In this document: one piece after another, positions 37,767 to 47,673 of the stretch
Layout: every line of letters starts with the position of its first letter
How positions within the stretch are numbered: the first letter of the stretch is position 1
Virus record (IMG/VR): IMGVR_UViG_3300026484_000095
Coordinates: 1-64,000 of that record
Reading direction: 5' to 3' (one strand)
Length of the DNA: 64,000 bases
DNA from: a virus
Translations under genes and position numbers: made by a program
The notes under the pieces: model-generated
Seen by the model: only the letters and a program-made list of their open reading frames with translations
Databases searched by the model: none
What the model was told of the DNA's origin: nothing

Positions 37767-38105
37767 ATGAAGTGTAACGGTCGCAATATAGCAAAGGTAG
37801 GTAATTCTATTGTAAAAACAAATGAATATAGATGCACTGAATACTGTCCTAATTGTCCTTTCCTTGATGATGGAAAAGCAATCCAACTTAAAGAGGGTAG
37901 AGTAGATGAAATAAAAGCTATGCTACTAGAAAGTGACCAAAACAGTTTCAGTTGTCATAAGACTGTATATAATCTTGATAACAATATGAAAAGCACCGAA
38001 GAGCAACCCGTTAAGATGTGTTTCGGGGCTTATGAGTTCTTAAAGAAAAAGAAAAGACCTAATCTAATGATGAGGTTAGCAATAGCAATGAGTATAGATA
38101 CCTAG
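37767..38105 (+). CDS. Cys-rich conserved phage protein
   Basis: CPNCPF...FSCHK...CFGA. Confidence 0.55.
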   Translation: MKCNGRNIAKVGNSIVKTNEYRCTEYCPNCPFLDDGKAIQLKEGRVDEIKAMLLESDQNSFSCHKTVYNLDNNMKSTEEQPVKMCFGAYEFLKKKKRPNLMMRLAIAMSIDT

Positions 38106-38114
38106 GGAGATAAA

Positions 38115-38510
38115 ATGTATTTAATTGTAAAAATAGATAGAGATACTATGAGAGTGCTGGATAAATGTCCTACTAAGGGAGCTGTAATTAGCCATTTTGA
38201 GAACAACGAGACAAACTCTTGTTCAGATAATAAAAATAAGCTTGTTATAAAAGCGGAAAGTATAGACAACTTTGTTAAGTTTAATTCTGAGCCTAGAACC
38301 AATGATATAGAGTTAAATCTAACTATGTCTAAAATTAGAGATAGGCTATTGCTGAGAAATCTTTATGTAGAGGTAGAAACAAACACTCAGAAAAATGTTT
38401 CAATAGTTAGGGTATATGCTAAGGGTCAGACCTCTTATATAAGAAGAATAGAGCGAGACACTTTAACAGAGTGCTTTGATGAGGTTCAAAGACTATATTT
38501 AAGAGGGTAG
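38115..38510 (+). CDS. Hypothetical protein
   Basis: GGGAG RBS. Confidence 0.5.
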   Translation: MYLIVKIDRDTMRVLDKCPTKGAVISHFENNETNSCSDNKNKLVIKAESIDNFVKFNSEPRTNDIELNLTMSKIRDRLLLRNLYVEVETNTQKNVSIVRVYAKGQTSYIRRIERDTLTECFDEVQRLYLRG

Positions 38511-38513
38511 ATT

Positions 38514-38813
38514 ATGGGAATGTTTGATTACACTTATTTCAAGTGTCCTAAATGTAAAGAGATTGTAGAAGAGCAGAGCAAGGCAGGTGACTGTTCTTTA
38601 AATAGATATTTCTTTGGAGATATAGCTTATGAACTTCCTATCTTTAAAGATGAGTTCGGAGAGTTAGAAGGGGTAATACCTGTTCCTATTGAGATTGTAG
38701 CAGAAGCAAGTAAATACGGGTTAGAGTGTTCTCATTGTGGGCATAAAACAAAACCCGTTATCACATCAAGTTATATCTTAGTACCTTTTGGAGAAGATGA
38801 TGAGCGATACTAA
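38514..38813 (+). CDS. Zinc-ribbon protein
   Basis: MGMFD..CPKC...CSHC. Confidence 0.6.
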   Translation: MGMFDYTYFKCPKCKEIVEEQSKAGDCSLNRYFFGDIAYELPIFKDEFGELEGVIPVPIEIVAEASKYGLECSHCGHKTKPVITSSYILVPFGEDDERY

Positions 38814-39711
38814 TACAAACAATGAAGCAGAGGTTAGCGAAGTTGAGTTAAGAGACGATATAGAGGATTTAGTGCTTGTTGTAGAACACGAAAGATTTGT
38901 AGAAAGCAGAGGGCAATACTTCTGTGTAGCTAAGAGCTGTAACGGTTGTCCTTATGTGGAGTTCTGTGAAACAGAGGAAGATGAACTGGAAATAAATCTA
39001 ATCCCTGCTACAAGAAGAAGTATAGGAACTGCTGATATAACTGAGGGTGTCTTTGTGGATAGTATTCCAATAGAACAAGTGAAAGGCAACTCCAAGCAAA
39101 ATAATCGTTGGGAAAATGAGACTGGCTATCTATCAAGAAGAGATGTTAAAATCTATAAGAAAATCTTAGAGCTACCTGGGGATTATGAAAGAGGGGAAAT
39201 CCCTTATATACTGTTTGATGAAGATGAAGCTAGTTATTATTGTATTAAACAGACTTGTGATGATTGTCCTTTTGATAAGAATGGCTGTAAGGTAGAACTG
39301 CAATATGCTAAAAATGTAATGAAAGTGGTAGCAACCGATGTTAAATCTCAAGAGCCAAGAGCCTTTACCCTATTATCAAGAGAGCCAAACTGGGTATCAG
39401 TGTTTGTTAATGATGGGTTACGAGAGATAAAGGGTCTATTGAGATATATCGACTTAGTCTTTAAAGAAGAGTTCAGAATAAACATTAAAACAGACCAACA
39501 TTATTTCGCTTACTTAGATAATAGATTTTTCTTTGATAAAACAGTTCTATATGAGTTCAACTATTTATGTGAAGCTCATAGAAGAGGTCATAATGTAACT
39601 AAGGCTCTTAAAAAGCAGATAGAGATATTTAGAAAGGACTATGATAAGTTTCTTGAAGAAGTTAAATCGGGTGAAGTTAAACTAAAAAACATTCCAAAAT
39701 TAACATTATGA
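38797..39711 (+). CDS. Protein with two Cys clusters (metal/Fe-S binding?)
   Basis: CVAKSCNGCPYVEFC and CIKQTCDDCPFDKNGC. Confidence 0.55.
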   Translation: MMSDTNTNNEAEVSEVELRDDIEDLVLVVEHERFVESRGQYFCVAKSCNGCPYVEFCETEEDELEINLIPATRRSIGTADITEGVFVDSIPIEQVKGNSKQNNRWENETGYLSRRDVKIYKKILELPGDYERGEIPYILFDEDEASYYCIKQTCDDCPFDKNGCKVELQYAKNVMKVVATDVKSQEPRAFTLLSREPNWVSVFVNDGLREIKGLLRYIDLVFKEEFRINIKTDQHYFAYLDNRFFFDKTVLYEFNYLCEAHRRGHNVTKALKKQIEIFRKDYDKFLEEVKSGEVKLKNIPKLTL

Positions 39712-39719
39712 TTTTAGAA

Positions 39720-39779
39720 TTAAGGTAAAATTAATTAAAATTTAGCTATAATTTCTTATCTTAAATAAATAAAAAGGTT
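39720..39779 (+). promoter_or_regulatory. Repeated promoter module copy
   Basis: TTAAGG 39720, TATAAT 39747. Confidence 0.75.
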
Positions 39780-39783
39780 TAAA

Positions 39784-40881
39784 ATGGAAGTTCAAAAACA
39801 AACTATTTCTAAAAATATAATGGTTATAGCAGATGGTATAAGAGAGTGTCTAGAGCAATCTGACTTGGAGTGTTATTTAGAGGGAGTAAGATTAGACCTC
39901 CCTGCTATCTTATCTAAATTAACAAACAAATATTTATCATTTTATGATGATGAAATTAAGTTTGACCTGCTAATGGAAATGTTTCTAAATGTGTATAAAA
40001 TCAGACTAGAGTGGATAATCGCTAATTATGATGATAATTATAGCTTATACACTTATCTATATACAATTATGAAAAATGAGATTATTGAGTTAAGCAAGAA
40101 GACCTTAAACAAGTTTAAAAAGCAAGTTGATTTAAAACCTACAATGGATAGTGATAATGATATGTCACCTGAGGAGGCTATGAGTAGAGCAGTATTTCAG
40201 TTCCAAAGAAGCAAAGGTGTACCTCGTAGTGCTTCACAAGATGAACTGGATGAGCTTAATAGTCTTATAAGTGATTATGAGCAACTGAAACAGAGGATAT
40301 TGTATGAAGAGCTTGTTGTGGACGATATGCAAAAATCCCTCGACAAGATTGATAAAAAGATAGAGAAGTTTAAAACAGATAAGCTGAAACTAGATGGGTT
40401 TTTCAGAGAGAAATATGTAGATGTATCTGAACTGTCGCAAGATGTTGATGATAAGGCAGAACCTATTGAAGATGATTTCATTATAGAGAGATTAAAGGCT
40501 AAGTTAATAGCTAAAACAACTATGTATCACAACAAGCCACATCACCCGTGGGACTCAGATAGAATAAAAATAGTAGATTTATTGTTAAATAGCTTTAATC
40601 TGACTGAGTGTGCTATATTCTTTGAAGTATCGCCTGTATCAACTAACAAGTGGGTTAAACAGATAAAAGAAGCTTTATTTGAGTTAGCAGACGAGATGGA
40701 GTTTGAAGAGGACGATAACAGCCTAGTAGAGCTTTTAAATCAATGGTTAGATGACCTAGAAGCAGAGGATAGAATAAATAAAGGGCAACCTGATGGGTGT
40801 CCAACAGTAAAAGATAAGGTGGAACTGTATAGACAAATAGTTAAGCTATTTGGTGCAGATTTTATGCAATTTGAAAAATAA
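39784..40881 (+). CDS. Phage sigma-70-family RNA polymerase sigma factor-like protein
   Basis: Region-2-like DLLMEMFL...SLYTYLYTIMKNEI; region-4 HTH FNLTECAIFFEVSPVSTNKW. Confidence 0.6.
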   Translation: MEVQKQTISKNIMVIADGIRECLEQSDLECYLEGVRLDLPAILSKLTNKYLSFYDDEIKFDLLMEMFLNVYKIRLEWIIANYDDNYSLYTYLYTIMKNEIIELSKKTLNKFKKQVDLKPTMDSDNDMSPEEAMSRAVFQFQRSKGVPRSASQDELDELNSLISDYEQLKQRILYEELVVDDMQKSLDKIDKKIEKFKTDKLKLDGFFREKYVDVSELSQDVDDKAEPIEDDFIIERLKAKLIAKTTMYHNKPHHPWDSDRIKIVDLLLNSFNLTECAIFFEVSPVSTNKWVKQIKEALFELADEMEFEEDDNSLVELLNQWLDDLEAEDRINKGQPDGCPTVKDKVELYRQIVKLFGADFMQFEK

Positions 40882-40898
40882 AACCTAAGGGAGTTACA

Positions 40899-41396
40899 AT
40901 GTCAGAACCTAGTAAAGCTACCTTAGTAATCAATCACATAAACGAAACAATCCCCATTGAAGATGTCTTAGAGAAAGAGTGCGACATAGAAGTCAAGTCT
41001 TTCCCTACTCAGATATTTTGCCCTTTTCACGACGATATTGAAGAGCCATCTGCAAGGGTGTATGGTGGTAAGAAAGGTATGTACTGCTTCGGGTGTGGTA
41101 GGACTTATCTACCTTTCGATTTCAGAAGATTTCAAAATATGGGGGTAGGTGAAGCTATTAACTATTTCAAAGAGATGTATAATGTAAATATACCTGAAAA
41201 TAGTGATGAGTTGGTAGATGGTTCATATAAATTAAACAAGCAAATAAGCCATCAAATAGGGCTTTTTAGGTCAAAGGGTGGGGAAGTATCTATAAAGGCT
41301 TTAAAGAGCTTAGAGAGGGGTTTACTAAGCTCTTATCGTATGGATAGGGTATCAGGTGGGCTTAAAAAGTTCATCAAAAACAATACAAGCTATTAA
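40899..41396 (+). CDS. Stand-alone CHC2 zinc finger (DNA primase N-terminal domain)
   Basis: CPFHDD..EPSA...YCFGCG; no TOPRIM domain. Confidence 0.8.
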   Translation: MSEPSKATLVINHINETIPIEDVLEKECDIEVKSFPTQIFCPFHDDIEEPSARVYGGKKGMYCFGCGRTYLPFDFRRFQNMGVGEAINYFKEMYNVNIPENSDELVDGSYKLNKQISHQIGLFRSKGGEVSIKALKSLERGLLSSYRMDRVSGGLKKFIKNNTSY

Positions 41397-41404
41397 TTTT
41401 CTCT

Positions 41405-41460
41405 TTAAGGTAAAGTTAAGCTGTTTTTAGCTATCATTTCGGTATCTTAAAAAGAGAGGT
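41405..41460 (+). promoter_or_regulatory. Repeated promoter module copy
   Basis: TTAAGG 41405, TATCAT 41432. Confidence 0.75.
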
Positions 41461-41465
41461 TAAAA

Positions 41466-41699
41466 ATGCAAGTAGAAAAATTTTCAATCCATAAAATAGC
41501 AACCAAGAAAGATGAAGAAGCTATAAGCAATATCAGAACCAAGTTGTTCGGTATAGCAGGTGTATTAGATACATTCCTATCCGACGGGAAGCTGGTTATC
41601 CTAAAAAATGGGGATAGACTAGCTGATAAAGAGTTAGTAGGTTATCTAAAAACTAGATTTAATTTAATTGAATACAATTTCGATTGTTACACTTATTAA
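41466..41699 (+). CDS. Hypothetical protein
   Basis: After promoter module. Confidence 0.55.
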   Translation: MQVEKFSIHKIATKKDEEAISNIRTKLFGIAGVLDTFLSDGKLVILKNGDRLADKELVGYLKTRFNLIEYNFDCYTY

Positions 41700-41710
41700 G
41701 GTTTAACCTT

Positions 41711-41971
41711 ATGTCTAGTAATTATGATGACCATAAAATAGTAAAAGTGCTTAATCATTTTATTGAGCACGAAGCCAACAAATATAAGAGTATAGGTCGT
41801 ATTTTTATAGAAAATGGTAAAATACACTTAGAAAAAAGAGAGAAAGCACATTGTGGGTATATCCCTACTATGTGTAAAGTTCCTATAAGTTCTTATAAGT
41901 CTATGTATAGACGGTATATTAGAGGAATGAAAAGAGACGATAGATTAACGATAGGGAGTTTAAAATGTTAG
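41711..41971 (+). CDS. Hypothetical protein
   Basis: AAGG before ATG 41711. Confidence 0.5.
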   Translation: MSSNYDDHKIVKVLNHFIEHEANKYKSIGRIFIENGKIHLEKREKAHCGYIPTMCKVPISSYKSMYRRYIRGMKRDDRLTIGSLKC

Positions 41972-42225
41972 AATGTAAAATAGAATTGACTGGTGTAACA
42001 ACAGAAGAACTTATCTATGCTTTAGATGAAGCCAAAAGACTTATAGAAGCAGGGAACATATCAGGAGCAGACTCAAGAGAAGATGAAACTGGTTCTTATT
42101 CATTTGAAGTAGATGGAGAAGAGAGTAACTCAATAGAGTGTAGCTGTAATCATACAAATTACTATGAAGATGGTGAAGTCCAAATTACTTGTAGTGATTG
42201 TCAAGCAACTATAACAGTTTTATAA
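41965..42225 (+). CDS. Acidic protein with C-terminal zinc ribbon
   Basis: CSC...CSDC. Confidence 0.5.
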   Translation: MLECKIELTGVTTEELIYALDEAKRLIEAGNISGADSREDETGSYSFEVDGEESNSIECSCNHTNYYEDGEVQITCSDCQATITVL

Positions 42226-42236
42226 AGGATAAAATT

Positions 42237-42386
42237 ATGTATATGATAGTAGATGACAAAGGTGTTATTTATAGTGGTTCATTAGAGGAGATGCAAGAGC
42301 AGTTTGCTAAGATGACTTCAAGTAAAAGTGAAGATAGTTGGACTGGGGATTTAAGATTAATCGAGGTCTTAGAAGTATATAGATAA
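42237..42386 (+). CDS. Small hypothetical protein
   Basis: AAGGA RBS. Confidence 0.5.
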   Translation: MYMIVDDKGVIYSGSLEEMQEQFAKMTSSKSEDSWTGDLRLIEVLEVYR

Positions 42387-42450
42387 AAGGGTTATTTTAA
42401 TCCTTTTACTGCTATATATGAGTTTATAAAAAATCAAGGTAGGTTTATAT

Positions 42451-44226
42451 ATGGAAGTAGAGACTTTAAAATCAAAGCAATTAACAGAGTTGTTGCACGA
42501 GGATAGTCTAAATAATGAAGATGTCGTAAATGGTGTAAAGAACTCAAAGGAAGCAATCGAAAAAAGTTTATTTGAGCCTATACCTTATGAGGGTAAATTT
42601 GCACAAGAAGTATTAGTTCAAATACCTGAGTTCAAATGGCTTAAAGGTGTAAAATGCAATCTAGTATATAATGATACAAAAAAGAGTGATAGAGAGTATT
42701 TACGAGGGCTATATGAGAGGTTATATCGCAAAGCTAAGGTAATAAGTGCAAAAGTTGCTATTAAAGAGGAAATGCCTCTTATCGCAATAGATTTAGAAAC
42801 AACTGGGCTTAATACATCTATAAAAATGGTAGGTGGAGAGATACAACGAAACATTGATTTAGTTGGTATCTGTTTAGCAATTAGTAACAAAGACGGTTTC
42901 TATATCCCTATTAAACATACTGAAGAAGATGGTATTCCTAATATGGATTTAAACTCAGCTTTGGATTTTCTACAAGATATTATTGACAACTTCTATCAAA
43001 TATATCACAATGCTTTCTACGATATGGAAGTACTAAGTATTCATCAAATAGAAATGAATACAAATTATGCTGATACTATGCTTATAGCAAATAATCTAGG
43101 TATGAAAGAATGGGACGATGTCTATGGGCTTGGACTCAAATTCCTTAGTGGTTACATTTTAGAAAGAAAAATGCTAGAAATAAATGAACTTATGGGTGCT
43201 AAGGGTATAATCAAGTTCAATAGGTTAGCAAGTAAGGACGCTGTTGTTTATGGATGCTCCGATGCTATGAACACATTTGGATTATTTGAGGAAATGGTAC
43301 TTAAAGCAAGAGATGACGATAATCCTTATAAATATAATTCATTGGCTATGAAGCTAGACACAAAAGTTCTTAATCATTTAAGAGGTATGTTTAGACACGG
43401 CTTCCCATTAGATTATAAAGTAGCAAGAGGTAATTTCTTGACCCTCATAAATAGAATGATTTTGTTTCAAAAGTATTTTTATAGCTATGAAATAACACAA
43501 GGTTACTCTATCGGTTCAGCCGAGCAAGTTAATGTAATGTTCGGAACTGTATTAGCTACAAAGTATTTAGAACGATATGGTATTAGATTATCTGAGAGTA
43601 TGGACTGGAATAACAAAAGAGTTTTAGCTTGTAAGAAAGCTTTATATAATGATTTTGGCTTAGAGATGAAAATAAAGAAACTTAAGGCTAGTTCAAAATT
43701 AACATTTGCTACAAGAAAAGAGGGAACAACTGGGGTTAAGGTTCTTAGTTGGATTTTGTCTAACATTGATAAATGGGATTTTTTGGATGAGAGTTTAAGA
43801 GACGATATTTACTGGATAGCCAATATCGTTGATAAGTACAGAAGTATGGTAACTGAACAAGGTCGTTTAGGTAAGATGATTCGCTATGTTTATAATGATG
43901 ACTTAAACATAAGTCGTTTTGGTATCGCCTTGAACCTTAATGGTGCCGATACTTCGAGGTTCTCTAATAAATCAGGTGTCGGGTCATTTGATAGGTTAGA
44001 AGTTAAAATAACAAAGACTGGGAAAGTAAATACAAAGTATTATGAGGGTGACGGGATTGCAGGTATAAATGCACAAGGTGTTCCTGCTCAACCTTATTAT
44101 ACAATAAAAGCTAAGAGAATGAAAGTCTTACCTGAACAGATGTTGGAATACATCACAGAGAAAGAGTACGATATTAATAATTATTATGAAGAATTATTAA
44201 TAACCAAATTAGTAAAGAAGAAATAA
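42451..44226 (+). CDS. Family A DNA polymerase, N-terminal part only (3'-5' exonuclease + thumb)
   Basis: DLETTGL, HNAFYD, YGCSDA exonuclease motifs; TSRFSN...INAQGVP (TGRLSS/NLQNIP equivalent); stops before motifs A/B/C. Confidence 0.8.
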   Translation: MEVETLKSKQLTELLHEDSLNNEDVVNGVKNSKEAIEKSLFEPIPYEGKFAQEVLVQIPEFKWLKGVKCNLVYNDTKKSDREYLRGLYERLYRKAKVISAKVAIKEEMPLIAIDLETTGLNTSIKMVGGEIQRNIDLVGICLAISNKDGFYIPIKHTEEDGIPNMDLNSALDFLQDIIDNFYQIYHNAFYDMEVLSIHQIEMNTNYADTMLIANNLGMKEWDDVYGLGLKFLSGYILERKMLEINELMGAKGIIKFNRLASKDAVVYGCSDAMNTFGLFEEMVLKARDDDNPYKYNSLAMKLDTKVLNHLRGMFRHGFPLDYKVARGNFLTLINRMILFQKYFYSYEITQGYSIGSAEQVNVMFGTVLATKYLERYGIRLSESMDWNNKRVLACKKALYNDFGLEMKIKKLKASSKLTFATRKEGTTGVKVLSWILSNIDKWDFLDESLRDDIYWIANIVDKYRSMVTEQGRLGKMIRYVYNDDLNISRFGIALNLNGADTSRFSNKSGVGSFDRLEVKITKTGKVNTKYYEGDGIAGINAQGVPAQPYYTIKAKRMKVLPEQMLEYITEKEYDINNYYEELLITKLVKKK

Positions 44227-44243
44227 GCAAATAGGACTTAGAG

Positions 44244-44819
44244 ATGGGTAGAAGTAAAGTAGATATATTAGCATCTTTATTAGATACGGAAACGAAATTA
44301 CATTGCGATATTGTAACAGAAGTAGCCTTACATTTGGGTAAGACTTTAAGATTACCTGATGAAGAATTATATAATTTAAAGATGGTAACTCATCTACACG
44401 ATATAGGGAAAGTAAAAATCCCTATAAATATAATCAATAAAAGAGGTAAGCTGACAGTTGATGAGTATAAGTTAATTATGCTACATTCAAGTATAGGTGA
44501 TGAGTTATACACTAAATTTACAGGTCATAAAGATAACACTGGTATTATTAGACATCACCACGAAAAGTGGAATGGTGAGGGATACCCTGATAAATTAAGA
44601 GGTATAGAAATACCTTTGTTGGCTCGTATAGTAGCTATTGCAGATGTTTATGAAGCATTGAGAAGTGCAAGACCTTATAAAAACTCTTGGTCGCATAATA
44701 AAACTTCTTCGTATATTTTGACAAATGGTGGGTCAATGTTCGACCCTAATTTAACAGCAGTATATTATAAAGAGAATAAAGCAATAGATAAACTATGGGT
44801 AGGTTTAAGAAATGGATAA
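44244..44819 (+). CDS. Stand-alone HD-GYP cyclic dinucleotide phosphodiesterase
   Basis: HDIGK, HHEKWNGEGYP, IADVYEAL, RPYK. Confidence 0.9.
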   Translation: MGRSKVDILASLLDTETKLHCDIVTEVALHLGKTLRLPDEELYNLKMVTHLHDIGKVKIPINIINKRGKLTVDEYKLIMLHSSIGDELYTKFTGHKDNTGIIRHHHEKWNGEGYPDKLRGIEIPLLARIVAIADVYEALRSARPYKNSWSHNKTSSYILTNGGSMFDPNLTAVYYKENKAIDKLWVGLRNG

Positions 44820-45282
44820 AAAGATAGAAGTGCTAGAGCAGGAAATTTTAACATTAAGAAGTTTAGTTAATAAATATAGATATGATTATCTAACTGGTTT
44901 AAAACAGCGATTAGATTTTGAGGATGATTTTAGTGAACTATTTTTTAGAAAGGAATCTTTCTCTTTGTTGGTCATTGACTTAAATAATCTTCATACAATT
45001 AATCTAAAGTTTGGTTACATTGAGGGCGATAGATTTATAAAAACTACTGCTTATCAAATATCTTCCAAAATTAAAGGGAGACTGTATAGAATAGGTGGAG
45101 ATGAATTTGCTTTATTAGTAACTGATTCAATAGATGATAATGAGCTAGACAAAATCCCTAACTGCACTTGGGCTTATAAGGAAGTGGATTATTTAAAACA
45201 TTTATCGACTAGTCATATATTCTCTGATGTTGATAAAATCTTGAAAGAGAAGAAAAGCAAACTGAAAGAACAAGTAAGATAG
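44812..45282 (+). CDS. Stand-alone GGDEF diguanylate cyclase-like protein
   Basis: DYLTGL, IDLNN, GD, YRIGGDEF. Confidence 0.88.
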   Translation: MDKKIEVLEQEILTLRSLVNKYRYDYLTGLKQRLDFEDDFSELFFRKESFSLLVIDLNNLHTINLKFGYIEGDRFIKTTAYQISSKIKGRLYRIGGDEFALLVTDSIDDNELDKIPNCTWAYKEVDYLKHLSTSHIFSDVDKILKEKKSKLKEQVR

Positions 45283-45284
45283 CT

Positions 45285-45710
45285 ATGACTATACAAGATA
45301 GGAAAGAGTATTTTAAAAAGTATTATGTTGAGAATAAAGACAAGATACGAGAAAAGTCAAGAGCTAGATATGAAGCTAAAAAGCCTTATATAAGAGAGCA
45401 GACAAAGAAGTATAGAACAACTAAGGGCTATAAAAAGAGTAAAGCTCAAAGCACAGCTAAGATACAAGCAGAAAGAGAACTGTCAAGTATTTTAGCAAAA
45501 GAGAGTGGAACATACGGCAAAGGCTACACATACGAAGAGGATAAATCCATCTTGTTGTATAAAGAACAGCTAGGTTGCACTTATAAATATATAGCAGAAG
45601 AAATACTTAAAAGAAGTATTAAAGGCATTGAGTATAGATATAACTATCTTAAAAAGATGAGAGCTAAGTCAAAAAGTAATAATCCTTTTACTGAGATAGT
45701 ATATAAATAA
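45285..45710 (+). CDS. Basic protein with C-terminal Myb/SANT-like HTH
   Basis: YTYEEDKSIL...YIAEEILKRSIKGIEYRY. Confidence 0.5.
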   Translation: MTIQDRKEYFKKYYVENKDKIREKSRARYEAKKPYIREQTKKYRTTKGYKKSKAQSTAKIQAERELSSILAKESGTYGKGYTYEEDKSILLYKEQLGCTYKYIAEEILKRSIKGIEYRYNYLKKMRAKSKSNNPFTEIVYK

Positions 45711-45729
45711 AATTTGAAGAGGGTTTTCA

Positions 45730-47673
45730 ATGGTAATTAAATTAGACGATTTTCAAAGAAAGGTTTATGTTCAACCTGTTCTGAAAGATACAGCATTGAT
45801 AGTTGAAGCAGTTGCAGGGTCAGGTAAATCAACTACAATGGTATCAAAGGCTTACAGGTTTATAAAAATGGGACTGAAGCCACATAACATCTTATTAACT
45901 ACATTCAGTAATAAGAGTGCTAAGGATTTAAGAACTAAATTCCGAAATACATTTGGCGATAAGGTTCAAGGCACTCCTATGATTACAACTCTCCATAGTT
46001 TCGGTATAGAGATATTAAAAACATTTTTCAAGATAAAGACACCTATCATTCTTACAGAGTGGAAATCTCTAATGGTTATACGAGAGATATGTGATAATAT
46101 GGGTCTATTTGTTAATGAAGATACTGGAATGAAATGGAACAAGAAAGACCAAACAGCTTTTGTAAGACAAGTGTATGATGGACTTGATTATCTTAAAAGT
46201 AATATGATAATCAATGATATAAGAGATATATCAACTGGTAAAGTTCTTATCAATGAGTTCAAGGATAAATCTAACTGGTTCTCCTCTGAACTGTTTGCTC
46301 AAATCGTAGTGCAATATGAAAATGTTAAAAGAGAACGGGGTTTCTATGATTACAATGACCTGATATTCAGAGTATATTATGAGTTACTAAATCATAAGAA
46401 AATTCTAGCTAAGGTTAGAAAAAAGTATAAAGTGGCTATAATTGATGAAGCACAAGACTTAGACGCTTCTCAATGGGCTTTTATCTTATTGCTAAGTATG
46501 GGTCAAAGACTTATAGCAGTTGGAGATAAAATGCAAAACATATATAACTTTCGGTACTCTGTTCCTGCGAATTTTAGCACAACTTTCTTATATAAGTTCT
46601 TTGGTAAAGTCATAGAGCTATCATTGGAGAATAATTATAGAAGCACCAAGAATATCGTAGATATTGGAAACATTGTACGATACATAGGTAAAGATAAATT
46701 GGTTTCTAAATCTTTTAGACCTAAGGTGCAAGGTTCAGTTAAATTCATCACAGTTAAAAACAACCTACAAGAGGGAACAGCTATTGCTGACCAAGTTAAA
46801 AAAGCATTAGAGCAAGGTTATTCATTAGGCGATATAACTATCATCTGTCGTAGTAATATGTATATCAAAACAAATGTAGAACCTGCATTAGTTCGTAATG
46901 ATATTCCTTATATGCTACTATCTAAACAAATCGGTAAGAAGCTAACAGATAAACCTGCTAATCAAATTTATTTCAATATCTTATCATTATTGATTAATCC
47001 CAATGACATTACTTCGCTATCAGATTTAACTGTATATATAAAAGGGTGTGGAGAGAAGTTTGCAGATGAACTTGGTAAGCAGTTGCTAAGAACTGGGGAT
47101 ATTAGAAGTGTCTCCGTGTCAAGTAATAACAAAACTAAATTAGATAATGTAAAAGTTCTTTACAATGAAATCTATAAACTGAGAAATAGTATTAGCAGTA
47201 TTAAGCTAATAACTAAAATGCTTGATGTAATAGGGTATCTTATAAATGTTTATCTTAAACCCGAAATTGTATCTAACAAAGAGAGGGAAACAATCGAGCA
47301 AGTTATATTAAACTGGGTTAATTATTACAAAGGCGAGGGTATAACTGATGTATGGGAAAACATCAATCAAGTTCTATTTGAGATAGACTCATTTGATGCA
47401 GATGATAGCGAAGATAAAGTAAGAGTAGGAACTATACATTCGCAGAAGGGACTAGAGCAACCTATATCAATATGTGCAGGGTTTGTAGGGTATAAGCAAA
47501 GACCTGATGTAGATAATGATAATGTTAATATGTTGTATGTTCAACTATCAAGAGCTATGGATAAATTGGTGGTTATTAACTCAATCGATTATGTTCTAAA
47601 GAGTGGCGACACAGTAAAAGGTGCTATGTTATCACAAATGAAAATTTTATTAAGTATATTAAAGGGGGAGTAA
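45730..47673 (+). CDS. UvrD/PcrA-like SF1 helicase (copy 2)
   Basis: AGSGKST, DEAQD, VGDKMQNIY, NYRST, HSQKGLE, YVQLSRA. Confidence 0.9.
   Translation: MVIKLDDFQRKVYVQPVLKDTALIVEAVAGSGKSTTMVSKAYRFIKMGLKPHNILLTTFSNKSAKDLRTKFRNTFGDKVQGTPMITTLHSFGIEILKTFFKIKTPIILTEWKSLMVIREICDNMGLFVNEDTGMKWNKKDQTAFVRQVYDGLDYLKSNMIINDIRDISTGKVLINEFKDKSNWFSSELFAQIVVQYENVKRERGFYDYNDLIFRVYYELLNHKKILAKVRKKYKVAIIDEAQDLDASQWAFILLLSMGQRLIAVGDKMQNIYNFRYSVPANFSTTFLYKFFGKVIELSLENNYRSTKNIVDIGNIVRYIGKDKLVSKSFRPKVQGSVKFITVKNNLQEGTAIADQVKKALEQGYSLGDITIICRSNMYIKTNVEPALVRNDIPYMLLSKQIGKKLTDKPANQIYFNILSLLINPNDITSLSDLTVYIKGCGEKFADELGKQLLRTGDIRSVSVSSNNKTKLDNVKVLYNEIYKLRNSISSIKLITKMLDVIGYLINVYLKPEIVSNKERETIEQVILNWVNYYKGEGITDVWENINQVLFEIDSFDADDSEDKVRVGTIHSQKGLEQPISICAGFVGYKQRPDVDNDNVNMLYVQLSRAMDKLVVINSIDYVLKSGDTVKGAMLSQMKILLSILKGE

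Noticed and set aside
44080-44226. Split intein at the end of the PolA fragment
   Set aside because: No Cys/Ser-initiated block A pattern after the last conserved polymerase motif.
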